Source: a virus
Taxonomy: Duplodnaviria; Caudoviricetes
IMG/VR virus record: IMGVR_UViG_2823261200_000003
Span: 13,934-77,933 of that record
Strand: one strand, 5' to 3'
Length of the DNA: 64,000 nucleotides
The notes beneath the pieces are model-generated. The model was given only the letters and a program-made list of their open reading frames with translations. It did not search any database and had not been told where the DNA came from. Positions within the stretch are counted from its first letter, which is position 1. Every line of letters starts with the position of its first letter. Positions 54,841-64,000 of this stretch are shown piece after piece. A program made the translations under genes and the position numbers.

Positions 54841-55542
54841 TTAGCTCTTATTTTTATCAATATCATCTTTTGAGCTCTCAGGGATCATTGCTGGCAAGGT
54901 AAAAGTATATTGTAAAAAGAGTTGGCTAAATAATCTTAGCTCCTCCAATTCATCGAGTGTAAAATCATTATAGGTATGAGAAGCTTCAGCACTTAATGTT
55001 CTAATATGCAATGCAAAATTCTTCAAATCTTTGGTAAGTTTTCCCTCTTCAAATAACTTTTCAATACGCTTATTTAATTTTGCTCTGCTATCATTCTCTG
55101 CTAATTCACACAATGCACGCTCTAAAGTTGAGCGATATGCATTTCCAGAAGCTTTGACAAAATGCGGTTTAGCTTTTACTTGTAAAAAAAGATCTTCAGC
55201 TGTCAGAAGCTCTTCTTCTACCGAACTAGGTAAATATTCGGGAATTTCTGCAGTTTTCGTATTATTAGGATAGAATTGAATCCATCTCCCATCGGATAAC
55301 TCCTGTAAATTGTAATTATTTTTACTAGTTAAAAGAGAGCGAATTCTGTTTAGCTTTTGTTTAGAATGTGAATCATCTTGTACTGCAAGATCACCAATAA
55401 TCGCACTACTGCAGGTATTACAAGTGGCTAATAATGAGAAAATAGAATAATTAGTAAATTTATCATTTTCATAGTACGTTTTAATCTCAAATCCCCCATG
55501 TTTAACGCCACAATGGGGGCAATCATAAGCAAAGGTAATCAT
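54841..55542 (-). CDS. Zn-ribbon + DUF4145-like (HEPN superfamily) moron
   Basis: CPHC/CNTC; YRSTLERAL, LNKRIEKL, IRTLSAEASH, YTFTLP; antisense to the early operon, AT-rich. Confidence 0.8.
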   Translation of the reverse strand: MITFAYDCPHCGVKHGGFEIKTYYENDKFTNYSIFSLLATCNTCSSAIIGDLAVQDDSHSKQKLNRIRSLLTSKNNYNLQELSDGRWIQFYPNNTKTAEIPEYLPSSVEEELLTAEDLFLQVKAKPHFVKASGNAYRSTLERALCELAENDSRAKLNKRIEKLFEEGKLTKDLKNFALHIRTLSAEASHTYNDFTLDELEELRLFSQLFLQYTFTLPAMIPESSKDDIDKNKS

Positions 55543-55543
55543 A

Positions 55544-55723
55544 ATGAATCTCCAAGATCATATTTATTTAATTGATGAATTTCTTGAAGGGCAAAGCCCT
55601 GAAGTAAAACTATATACTTATTTTAAAAATCAAGATAAGGAAACGCAACATAGTTTTGTCATTGCCTTAATTGGTAAAGTGGTTAGCTCACATAAACTTT
55701 ATCATCACGAATTAAACAAGTAA
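55544..55723 (+). CDS. 59-aa hypothetical protein
   Basis: Identical to 8469-8648. Confidence 0.5.
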   Translation: MNLQDHIYLIDEFLEGQSPEVKLYTYFKNQDKETQHSFVIALIGKVVSSHKLYHHELNK

Positions 55724-55911
55724 CATTGACAACCGCCGCCCTTTGATCTAGGATATACCTACTTTCAAACGAAAGTCGGGATTTGCAACCTGAACTATGA
55801 GAGCGGTGAAAAAGATAGACGCTCAAAGCGTCTTTTTTTATAGCCGAAAACTAGCCTAATCAAACCTTTGAAAGGCAACGTCAAATTGACGTACCCTTTC
55901 AAAGTAGTCAA

Positions 55912-55985
55912 TGATGAGCTAGATGGAGGGATCGAAAGATCCGCCGTTTCTCGTAGCGGTATTGCAAACTCTGTCTAGTTCATCA
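55912..55985 (+). ncRNA. C4-type antisense RNA
   Basis: Stem TGATGAGCTAGA/TCTAGTTCATCA; TCTCGTAG and TTGCAAA pair with CTA(C/T)GAGA and TTTGCAA sites. Confidence 0.85.
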
Positions 55986-56040
55986 CCAACGATTTGCAAC
56001 GTTAGTGATGGTTTTAAAACTTAAACTACGAGAAATCAAA

Positions 56041-56685
56041 ATGACTACATTAACATTTCAGAACAAAACTCTTTCGGTTATTAATCAAAAAAATCAAATT
56101 TGGTTGTCTACTTTGGAAATTGGTGAGGCTTTGGGTTATTCACGCTTTGATAGTGTAACAAAGATCTATGAACGCCACGCTGATGAATTTACCCCAAATA
56201 TGACCGCACTGATTAATATGCAAACCAACGGCGGAATGCAAAAAGTGCGAATTTTCAGCTTGCGTGGTGCTCACCTAATCGGAATGCTTTCCCACACTAA
56301 AGTAGCTAAAGATTTTCGTAAGTGGGTGCTGGATATTCTCGATAAAGAAGTAGAACGACAAAAACCAAAACAACTCGCTTTACCCGAACCCGAGAAAACA
56401 TACACCTTTGAATTCACCGAGTACGAGCTTGAACAACTTGCTTGGCTTTGGTTCAGCCACAAAAGAATGAACACCTTACTTGCTGACCTTTACGAACCTC
56501 TCAATGCACTTGGATCAACTTTCAGCGGCAGTGTGTACAGCCACGCTCACGAATATCACCGCCACCACGAGGAAAGCCAAGCCACAATGCAACGCCTGAT
56601 TGAGCCGTTCAAACGCTCCACCAAGCTCAACTGGCAACGAGTGATACCAAAAATCACCCCAACAAGAAATTATCTCGATTTCTAA
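56041..56685 (+). CDS. Antirepressor (Bro-N-like + P22 AR C-like)
   Basis: N-terminal domain like 9532, C-terminal domain like the 62519 cassette. Confidence 0.85.
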   Translation: MTTLTFQNKTLSVINQKNQIWLSTLEIGEALGYSRFDSVTKIYERHADEFTPNMTALINMQTNGGMQKVRIFSLRGAHLIGMLSHTKVAKDFRKWVLDILDKEVERQKPKQLALPEPEKTYTFEFTEYELEQLAWLWFSHKRMNTLLADLYEPLNALGSTFSGSVYSHAHEYHRHHEESQATMQRLIEPFKRSTKLNWQRVIPKITPTRNYLDF

Positions 56686-56776
56686 AATTTAACCAAAACC
56701 GACCGCACTTCCTCGTGAACCGTGTGGCGGTTTTCTACACCCTAAATTCAGTAATTTGATTAAAAAGGAAACAGAG

Positions 56777-57115
56777 ATGAAACAGCGTGGTTATGAAACA
56801 CTGGTGGCAGATTACGTTAAATCAAAATTAGGTGAAAACATCACCACAAGTCAGATTGCAACGCAATATGGTGAGGTTAGCCTTTATCACAACAATAAAC
56901 TGTATATCGTAGTGTTTGATAATCCAACCACCCTACAGATAGACGACATTAATCGCCAACTCTTCGCAGTACATTTCACGCATGAGCTAATTTATCGAAC
57001 GGGACGAAAACTACTGACCTTTGAAACCCAACGCTTACTAAAACCGGAAGTAAGTTATTTACTCAGACATCTAAAACAGATGGAGAAGAAAAATGCCAAT
57101 TTATCGCGTACATAG
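56777..57115 (+). CDS. Hypothetical phage protein
   Basis: Identical to 10282-10620. Confidence 0.7.
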   Translation: MKQRGYETLVADYVKSKLGENITTSQIATQYGEVSLYHNNKLYIVVFDNPTTLQIDDINRQLFAVHFTHELIYRTGRKLLTFETQRLLKPEVSYLLRHLKQMEKKNANLSRT

Positions 57116-57338
57116 CAGTGCTTACCACGATGGCTCAACTAAAGGATTTCGCCACGACATTAAACATAAACGGCACGACTGTTTTCGTGGTGATGTGAGG
57201 ATATTTCAAATCATTGATGGATATCCACATCAAATCTCACGGAAGCGGAAACGTTTTACAAATAAAGAAGAGGCTTATCAGTGGGCAAAGCAATTTGCTC
57301 AAACCATCACAAAGCAATTAAAAAGGAAACAAAAATGA
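57093..57338 (+). CDS. Basic hypothetical phage protein
   Basis: Identical to 10598-10843. Confidence 0.7.
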   Translation: MPIYRVHSSAYHDGSTKGFRHDIKHKRHDCFRGDVRIFQIIDGYPHQISRKRKRFTNKEEAYQWAKQFAQTITKQLKRKQK

Positions 57339-57449
57339 ACATTCAACACGTTAATTTTCACGGCGAAATTCATATTCATCTTCACATTAACCTTCAACAA
57401 GAAACGCAATTAAAGCCCGCTTTTATGCCTATGGCGGGCGAAGAATGGG

Positions 57450-57656
57450 TTAAGCCTGACGATTTTTCTCCTCAATCTCAATCAGATCAGCAATCTTGAA
57501 TGTTTCCCAAATTAAACGGGAATAAAGTTGCTCAAGGGTAGGTTCTTTATTTGCCCTTTGTAAACGGGACTGCAAGGTGCTGGCAATCTGTTCTTTAGGA
57601 AGAATGCTCGCCGCCAACTGCAACCTTTCTGAGTACGTTAAATTTTTCATTATCAA
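57450..57656 (-). CDS. Small antisense moron protein
   Basis: AGGAGAG RBS; lies in a ~410-bp insertion absent from prophage A. Confidence 0.55.
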   Translation of the reverse strand: MIMKNLTYSERLQLAASILPKEQIASTLQSRLQRANKEPTLEQLYSRLIWETFKIADLIEIEEKNRQA

Positions 57657-57744
57657 TCTCTCCTATATTGGTTGTACGCAAACGCCAATATACCACGTTG
57701 GCGAGCGTGGTTAAATAAATCGCCGAAATATAAGGAAGCGAAAA

Positions 57745-58020
57745 ATGAACGATCTTATTAAACATACACTACAAACCCTACTCTTTCTTGTTGCCATTAT
57801 CACCGTGCTAAGCCTTGCTGATGCCTACGCACAAACAGCGGAAGATTACTACGCAATGCAAGGTTTCAGCCCTGAACAACTCGCCGAAATGGAACGCCAA
57901 GCCAACCTTGAGTGGCAACAAGAACAAGGCGACTTACCGCCCAATTTAACCATTGAGGCTGAAAAATACCTCAAAAATTACACCGCACTTTTGCAGGAGG
58001 AAATAAACAATGGCAAGTAA
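57745..58020 (+). CDS. Small protein with signal peptide/TM segment
   Basis: Homologue of 10820-11115. Confidence 0.75.
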   Translation: MNDLIKHTLQTLLFLVAIITVLSLADAYAQTAEDYYAMQGFSPEQLAEMERQANLEWQQEQGDLPPNLTIEAEKYLKNYTALLQEEINNGK

Positions 58021-58645
58021 AAAACGCAAGTATCTTTACAAACTCATTCAAGACCCTGTTTCATTTTATTGGCACGGTGAATGTTGGATTGATGACAAAT
58101 TATGGAAAGCCACATTAAAAATGGTGAATCAAAAAGTGGCAATCAACCTTCTAAATAAAATTATTGATAGCTACAACTTACAACATTCAGGAGCGGTGAA
58201 AACCTCAACGGTTATTCCAAACTTCGACCTTGAAAAAACTTCTCCTTATCAAGTTATTCTGCCCGCAATGCCAGATGACAAATGGAAAACTGCCACACCA
58301 AAGCCCCAAAATACGCGTGAGTTGTCCGTTATTCCAATGCGAAAAGAAGAACCCACACAGACAAAGGAAGTCACAATGAACACCGAAAGCCCACAAGAAA
58401 TCCAAACCGTAACGATTAAAACCCAACGTAAAAAAGTCACGCCACGCAAGCCGTTTACGCCTTATGGATTGAACGGCTATCTCGTGGACAAAAACGGCAA
58501 AGTACGGCTAATGCTTGACCGCAAAGCCAACGCCCAAACTATTACGCTTGAACCTGAAATGTTCGCAATGCTTGCGGATATGGTCAAGGCGACACAAGCA
58601 CAGGAGAGGAACAATGAGTTACCTACAAATCGCACAAACCTATGA
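58010..58645 (+). CDS. Hypothetical phage protein
   Basis: GGAGG RBS; 211 aa. Confidence 0.7.
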   Translation: MASKKRKYLYKLIQDPVSFYWHGECWIDDKLWKATLKMVNQKVAINLLNKIIDSYNLQHSGAVKTSTVIPNFDLEKTSPYQVILPAMPDDKWKTATPKPQNTRELSVIPMRKEEPTQTKEVTMNTESPQEIQTVTIKTQRKKVTPRKPFTPYGLNGYLVDKNGKVRLMLDRKANAQTITLEPEMFAMLADMVKATQAQERNNELPTNRTNL

Positions 58646-58895
58646 TCGCAAAAGCGACCGATTGTTAGAAGCCCATTACGCTGAAGATGGCTTTGAAGAA
58701 CGGTTACAAGCAGAAATCCAACGCATTGATGAGCAAATCAGAAAGGGCGATGAAACGCTCTTTGACGAGTTCACCCAAACCCTGTGCGACAACGATTTAT
58801 TTTGGCTTGCCGTAGGAAGCGGAGCGGATTACCTCCCCTACCGACAACAAGCCATCGAGAAATTAGCCAAGCAACGATTAGGAGAACGACAATGA
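58614..58895 (+). CDS. Acidic hypothetical protein
   Basis: YDRKSDRLLEAHYAED resembles the N-terminus of 11105-11260. Confidence 0.7.
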   Translation: MSYLQIAQTYDRKSDRLLEAHYAEDGFEERLQAEIQRIDEQIRKGDETLFDEFTQTLCDNDLFWLAVGSGADYLPYRQQAIEKLAKQRLGERQ

Positions 58896-59905
58896 CTAAC
58901 CAAATCACGCAACCACAAAAACCCAAAAGCCCCCCAACATTAAAACAACTTTTTCAATCGCCACTAATAAAACAAAAATTACAAGAACTAGTGGGGAAAA
59001 ATGCAAGCACCTTTGCCACAAGTGTTATACAAATTGCAAACAGTAATGCAATGTTAAAGACGGCAAAGCCAGAGAGTATTTTAAATGCCGCTTGTATGGC
59101 AGCAACGCTAAATTTACCCCTACAAAATGGCTTAGGTTTTGCCTATCTCGTCCCTTTTCGCACAAAAAGAAAAGTGCCTTTAGTTGATACCGAAGGTAAC
59201 GTAATACTTGATAGAGATGGTAAGCCAAGAACGAAAGAAGAATATGTCGTAGAAGCCCAATTCCAAATTGGCTACAAAGGCTTTATTCAGCTTGCACAGC
59301 GTAGTGGACAATTTAAACGCCTTGTTGCTCTGCCTGTTTACAAAAAACAACTGGTCAAAAAAGATTTTATCAACGGCTTTGAATTTGACTGGGAACAAGA
59401 GCCAGAAGATGGCGAGCTACCGATTGGTTATTACGCCTACTTTAAATTGGTGAATGATTTTTCTGCCGAGCTTTATATGACCCACGAGGAAATCGAAAAG
59501 CACGCGAAAAAATATAGCCAAACCTACCGCACTTATCTTGAAAAGAAAGCCAAAGGACAATGGGCAAGCAGTGTATGGGCAGACAATTTTGAAAGTATGG
59601 CATTAAAAACTGTGATGAAGTTACTACTCTCAAAACAAGCTCCACTATCCGTAGAAATGCAAAATGCGGTACTTGCAGATCAATCCGTTATCAAGGACAG
59701 CGAAAATGGCGAATTTGATTACCCTGATAACAATATTGAAGACGCTGAAATTGTAACGATGAATGTCAGCCAAGAAACCTTTGAACAATGCAAACAAAAT
59801 ATTCTCAATCGAGAAACCACTTTGCAAGCACTCTGTGATAGCGGTTTTGAATTCTCACCAGAGCAATATGCACAATTGGAAGCGTTGGAAAATAACAGGG
59901 AATAG
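58892..59905 (+). CDS. recT: RecT-family annealase
   Basis: LGFAYLVPF, QFQIGYKGFIQLAQRSG, W...FESMALKTV. Confidence 0.92.
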   Translation: MTNQITQPQKPKSPPTLKQLFQSPLIKQKLQELVGKNASTFATSVIQIANSNAMLKTAKPESILNAACMAATLNLPLQNGLGFAYLVPFRTKRKVPLVDTEGNVILDRDGKPRTKEEYVVEAQFQIGYKGFIQLAQRSGQFKRLVALPVYKKQLVKKDFINGFEFDWEQEPEDGELPIGYYAYFKLVNDFSAELYMTHEEIEKHAKKYSQTYRTYLEKKAKGQWASSVWADNFESMALKTVMKLLLSKQAPLSVEMQNAVLADQSVIKDSENGEFDYPDNNIEDAEIVTMNVSQETFEQCKQNILNRETTLQALCDSGFEFSPEQYAQLEALENNRE

Positions 59906-59907
59906 CT

Positions 59908-60555
59908 ATGTACCAAATGAAAGCTAGATGTTCAATGCTACACCGCTTGCTACCAGAACCTAAAGCAAAATCAGAAACCATTTCAGCCACTGCCAAAAGT
60001 GCGGTACGGGAAATCGTTAAATTTGATCTGTTCGGTTATCAATCCTTTGACGGCAATAAATACACTGAAAAAGGCAATGAACTCGAAGATCAAGCAATCC
60101 GTTTGAGCGGTTTAAAACGAGGGCTTGCACTCAAGAAAAACACAGAACGCCGAGAGAATGATTGGATCACGGGGGAATGTGATATTTATGTCCCAAGTCA
60201 AAAGCTCATTATTGATACAAAATGTTCTTGGGATATTGGCACTCACCCATTTTTTACGGACGAAGCAGCAGAGAAAGCAAAAAAAGCGGGCTATGACATT
60301 CAAATGCAAGGTTATATGTGGCTTTGGGATTGCGAAGAAGCTCAAATTGATTTTTTCCTTTTGCCAACCCCTGAAACATTAATTCCAACTTGGCAAGATC
60401 CCGCAAAATTTGTCGATTTAGTCAAACAAATCCCACAACATAAGCGAATTACAACCGTAACGATTAAACGAGATGAGAAGCTCATCGAAAAAATCAAACA
60501 AAAGGTCGAAGTCGCCCAAAATTATTATCAGCAACTTATTATGGAGGCAACGTAA
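59908..60555 (+). CDS. YqaJ/lambda-exonuclease-like PD-(D/E)XK nuclease
   Basis: KGNELE, TGECD, IIDTKCSW, YDIQMQGYMWL. Confidence 0.85.
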   Translation: MYQMKARCSMLHRLLPEPKAKSETISATAKSAVREIVKFDLFGYQSFDGNKYTEKGNELEDQAIRLSGLKRGLALKKNTERRENDWITGECDIYVPSQKLIIDTKCSWDIGTHPFFTDEAAEKAKKAGYDIQMQGYMWLWDCEEAQIDFFLLPTPETLIPTWQDPAKFVDLVKQIPQHKRITTVTIKRDEKLIEKIKQKVEVAQNYYQQLIMEAT

Positions 60556-61035
60556 ATGGCAGGCATAAACAAAGCCATCATCGTCGGCAATTTAGGCAAC
60601 GATCCAGAAATCCGCACAATGCAAAATGGCGATCAGGTTGCAACAATCAGCGTGGCAACCTCAGAAAGCTGGACTGATAAGCAAACAGGCGAACGGCGAG
60701 AACTCACCGAATGGCACAGAATTGTACTTTATCGGCGGTTAGCGGAAATTGCAGGGCAATACCTCAAAAAAGGCTCAAAAGTCTATATTGAGGGGCGTAT
60801 CAGAACCCGAAAATGGCAAGACCAGCACGGCGTTGAGCGTTACACCACCGAAATTCAAGGCGACAGCTTGCAGATGTTAGATAGCCGCCAAGATGGACAA
60901 AGTGCACAAACAAACGCACCACCGCGTCAAACGCAATCAACAAAATCCAATGCTTATGCTAATGCTAAAAGTGGCAACTACACGCCACCACCGCAGAATA
61001 ATGGTGATGAGCTAGATGATGATATTCCGTTCTGA
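60556..61035 (+). CDS. ssb: Single-stranded DNA-binding protein
   Basis: Identical protein to 12876-13355. Confidence 0.97.
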   Translation: MAGINKAIIVGNLGNDPEIRTMQNGDQVATISVATSESWTDKQTGERRELTEWHRIVLYRRLAEIAGQYLKKGSKVYIEGRIRTRKWQDQHGVERYTTEIQGDSLQMLDSRQDGQSAQTNAPPRQTQSTKSNAYANAKSGNYTPPPQNNGDELDDDIPF

Positions 61036-61113
61036 GTTGTCTAGCCTAGACAATTTCAGATGATTTTTAGACAAATCGCCCCTTATTGAAGGGATTTTAT
61101 TCAGGACTTAGAT

Positions 61114-61419
61114 ATGAGAAAAATTATTCAAATTTGTAGTGATAGTTATCATAACTCAGAAACTGGTGCTTCAGAAGAAAATTTATTTGCACTATGTGAT
61201 GATGGCTCAGTTTGGCGAAAGATAGAGTTATTTACTGGCTGGGAGCGATTGAAGCCAATACCGCAGGACAGCCTAGAATATGAACACTATTTGACATCAT
61301 CCATCAATAAATTACTGGAAAAAGATAGAAAAAATGGATTAAGCAAAGAAGAAATACAAGATTTAAAAGATTTGCTTAAAGAACAAGAAGACTATGAATT
61401 ATATGGGGTTAGAGGATGA
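61114..61419 (+). CDS. Hypothetical phage protein
   Basis: RKIIQI...LFALCDDGSVW...W..L.PIPQ. Confidence 0.7.
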   Translation: MRKIIQICSDSYHNSETGASEENLFALCDDGSVWRKIELFTGWERLKPIPQDSLEYEHYLTSSINKLLEKDRKNGLSKEEIQDLKDLLKEQEDYELYGVRG

Positions 61420-61718
61420 ACACAACCGAACTTTTAAATGAACGAGAAAAAACGCACGGAGACTTTGTCAGCGGTGCAGAAACTTTTTATCACCTGATGA
61501 AACCGATCATCGAAAGCCAGCTTTTTGAACGCAACAAAGTCAAAGCCTACGCCGCCACAATGATTGCCGCCAAACTCACCCGAATTTGTAACGGTGATGA
61601 AACCTTCCCCGACCACTGGGACGACATTATCGGCTATGCTCAATTAGCCACTGGTAAGCAATTTGAACCACAGCAAGCGGTAAGTGTGCCGGTTGTGGAT
61701 TATATAAAAAAAGCCTAA
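61416..61718 (+). CDS. DUF6378-like phage protein
   Basis: Homologue of 13511-13828. Confidence 0.7.
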   Translation: MNTTELLNEREKTHGDFVSGAETFYHLMKPIIESQLFERNKVKAYAATMIAAKLTRICNGDETFPDHWDDIIGYAQLATGKQFEPQQAVSVPVVDYIKKA

Positions 61719-61753
61719 CTCCAACTGTTAGGCTTTTCCGAACAGTTGCGAAG

Positions 61754-61936
61754 TTATGAATGGTCTTGCTTAAACAACTCAACCGCCTGCTGAATAATTT
61801 GATACTGAGGCACATCTTGCTCACGGCTAAGTTGCTCAATCAACGCTATTGTTTCTTCGGGGAGCTTATAGGTTTTTGCTCGAACGCCACGTTTAGCGTC
61901 GCTTTTTGCTACAATTTCAGCCATTGTTTTAGCCAT
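61754..61936 (-). CDS. Ribbon-helix-helix DNA-binding protein
   Basis: AKSDAKRGVRAKTYKLPEETIALIEQLS; GAGG RBS. Confidence 0.8.
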   Translation of the reverse strand: MAKTMAEIVAKSDAKRGVRAKTYKLPEETIALIEQLSREQDVPQYQIIQQAVELFKQDHS

Positions 61937-61977
61937 ATAAACCTCTTGATCTCAAATTCATTATTGATTATGATTGG

Positions 61978-62135
61978 AGTCATTGGGGGACACTTCCACA
62001 TATCCCCCGCTGAATTAGTGTTTAGTAAGCAGGCAGGCTTACCAACATCAACACTAATAAGATTATGATGATTTGTACGGATTTCATCATTCTTACTCCG
62101 AGTTGCCCCAGTTTCCACAAGCTGGGGTTTCTTGT
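61978..62135 (+). ncRNA. Sib-like antisense antitoxin RNA
   Basis: Promoter TTGATC-17-TATGAT (61946-61974); covers the ibs ORF; terminator GCCCCAGTT-TCCAC-AAGCTGGGGT-TTCTT. Confidence 0.75.
62022..62090 (-). CDS. ibs: Ibs-family type I toxin peptide MMKSVQIIIILLVLMLVSLPAY (22 aa)
   Basis: Hand translation; GGAG RBS; promoter TTGCAA-17-TATAAT (62191-62163). Confidence 0.85.
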   Translation of the reverse strand: MMKSVQIIIILLVLMLVSLPAY

Positions 62136-62387
62136 ATCAAGCCCCTTACTTGATGTAATGCCATTATAAGTGTACTAATATTTTATTGCAAGCACTTTTA
62201 TAACAAAATCCCTTATTGACACCGCCCAGCTCTTATATTAGGATATAACCACTTTCAAACGAAAGTCGGGAATTGGCGTTCCTGAAATTGTACTGGCGGT
62301 TAGAATTGGTAGTCGCCTAAATGGTGGCTTTTTTTATAGCCGAAAATCAGCAAATCTACCTTTTGCGGAATTTTCCGCAAAACCCAA

Positions 62388-62461
62388 TGATGGGCTGTAT
62401 GGGAGATCGAAAGATCGCCGTTATCCAGTACAACGGTACGCCAATCTCGTACAGTTCATCA
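62388..62461 (+). ncRNA. C4-type antisense RNA
   Basis: Stem TGATGGGCTGTA/TACAGTTCATCA; CCAGTACA and ACGCCAAT pair with TGTACTGG and ATTGGCGT sites. Confidence 0.85.
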
Positions 62462-62518
62462 CCAGTAATTGGCGTTACTAGTGATGAGTTCTAAAACTTA
62501 TGTACTGGAGAATGTCAA

Positions 62519-63161
62519 ATGACTAATTCAAATTTAATTTCTATTTTTAGTGGCGTTATCGCAAATCAATCAGTTCAACTTTGTAATGCTCGCTCTCTTC
62601 ACGAATTTTTAGAAGTGAAAAACCACTTCAAAGATTGGATCAAAGATCGCATATCAGACTACGGCTTTGTTCAAGACGAAGACTACATCATCGTCACCCA
62701 ACGCACTAACGTGCAGACCCCGCAAGGAATATCACATCACCCTTGATATGGGCAAAGAACTCGCAATGGTCGAACGCAACGAAAAAGGGCGACAAGTTCG
62801 CAAATATTTCATCGAGTGCGAACGCAGGGCTTTGCAACAACCGCAACAACTCGCCCTGCCCGAACCAGAGAAAAAATACACATTCGAGTTCACCGAGTAC
62901 GAACTCGAACAACTCGCTTGGCTTTGGTTCAGCCACAAAAGAATGAATACCTTGCTTGCTGACCTTTACGAACCACTCAATGCCCTTGGCTCAACTTTCA
63001 GCGGCAGCGTGTACAGCCACGCTCACGAATATCACCGCCACCACAAAGAAAGCCAAGCCACAATGCAACGCCTGATTGAGCCGTTCAAACAATCCACCAA
63101 GCTCAACTGGCAACGAGTGATACCAAAAATCACCCCAACAAGAAATTATCTCGATTTCTAA
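62519..63161 (+). pseudogene. AntA-type antirepressor, frameshifted near 62711
   Basis: [11 protein letters not shown]...WIKDRI in one frame, [22 protein letters not shown] in another. Confidence 0.8.
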
Positions 63162-63242
63162 AATTTAACCAAAACCGACCGCACTTCCCTGTGAACCGTG
63201 TGGCGGTTTTGCTTACCTCAAATTCAGCAAAAAGGTGAAAAT

Positions 63243-63359
63243 ATGTTCAGAATTTTAATGATTATCGGCTTGTTGTGGTGTGCGTATGAACTTGATTTGA
63301 GGGCTGACTGCGATGGGCATTATTGCGGAACAGCCACAGATTTAATCACAAAAAATTAA
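63243..63359 (+). CDS. 38-aa peptide
   Basis: Copy of 18394-18510 with one amino acid change. Confidence 0.6.
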   Translation: MFRILMIIGLLWCAYELDLRADCDGHYCGTATDLITKN

Positions 63360-63403
63360 CTCAACCCAAGCCTACGTTGTAGGCTTTTTTATTAGGAAAC
63401 CCT

Positions 63404-64000
63404 ATGGAAAAACTCACCAAATCCAAAGCGAGGGTAAGAGCGTTTGGCGAGGTGTACACACCTCAAAAACTGGTGCAAAAAATGACCGCACTTTTACCCG
63501 AAGAGAGCTTTGAGCCTGAAAAGAAAATCCTCGAACCCAGCTGTGGCACGGGGAATTTTTTATATGACATACTCAACCGCAAGCTGTGCAAAATCCTCGT
63601 AGGTCCAAAGCACCCTTATTACAAAGTGCTGAATATGTATCAAGCACTAGCGAGCGTTTACGGCGTAGATATTCAACTTGATAACGTGATTGAATGCCAA
63701 TCTCGCCTCAAATCCCTATTTTACGAATGCCTCGCAATGTTGCACGTTAAGCCCTTTGACTATTTTGTCGATCACGTCTTAATTAACAACATCAGACTAG
63801 GAAACGCCCTTGAGGACGCATTCACCTTTATTGATGTCGAGATCGTTTTCAAAGATCGTGATATAGGTATTAAGGTAGAGAAAGATAGCTTTTTGCTTAG
63901 CGAATATGAATGCCATTTGCAACAGAACACCTCTCAACTCCAAGCCGTGCGATTGCTGGCATTTGAAGATGAGATAGGGATTACCAGAAATGCAACCTAA
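63404..64000 (+). CDS. DNA amino-methyltransferase-like protein (SAM-binding part only)
   Basis: One amino acid difference from 18555-19151. Confidence 0.75.
   Translation: MEKLTKSKARVRAFGEVYTPQKLVQKMTALLPEESFEPEKKILEPSCGTGNFLYDILNRKLCKILVGPKHPYYKVLNMYQALASVYGVDIQLDNVIECQSRLKSLFYECLAMLHVKPFDYFVDHVLINNIRLGNALEDAFTFIDVEIVFKDRDIGIKVEKDSFLLSEYECHLQQNTSQLQAVRLLAFEDEIGITRNAT

Larger units (their letters stand above)
20520..64000. mobile_element. Prophage B (lambdoid myovirus, about 45 kb, right end outside window)
   Basis: Tail, head, terminase, lysis, Q, nin, replication, cI/cro and early genes; the last gene matches the gene preceding xis in prophage A (offset 44849 bp). Confidence 0.95.

Overview
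The whole window is prophage DNA from a Pasteurellaceae host (frequent Hin-type uptake sequence AAGTGCGGT). It holds two related but heteroimmune lambdoid prophages in tandem, joined at an attP-like junction that carries the 3' half of tRNA-Leu(TAA) (20520-20577). Prophage A (1-20.6 kb, left end outside the window) contributes replication, immunity, early/recombination genes, xis and int. Prophage B (20.6-64 kb, right end outside) is nearly complete: contractile tail, head with a MuF-ADP-ribosyltransferase fusion, terminase, lysis, Q/nin, replication, a lambda-like cI/cro region and early genes. The strongest novelty candidate lies just downstream of cI in both phages: a divergent but architecturally identical three-part locus. 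It consists of an AlpA/Xis-like winged-helix gene, a ~105-nt oppositely transcribed structured ncRNA (own promoter, own terminator, conserved CCCGAAGCCU core), and an AbiF/Abi_2-like HEPN RNase. Other unannotated elements are two Ibs/Sib-type type I toxin-antitoxin loci coupled to RHH genes, five C4-type antisense RNA/antirepressor cassettes with different pairing codes, an atypical tRNA-Asp, structured RNAs in the pL leaders, a -1 frameshifted tail chaperone, an IS605-like scar and several deletion remnants. All family calls come from motifs read by eye; no database searches were run.
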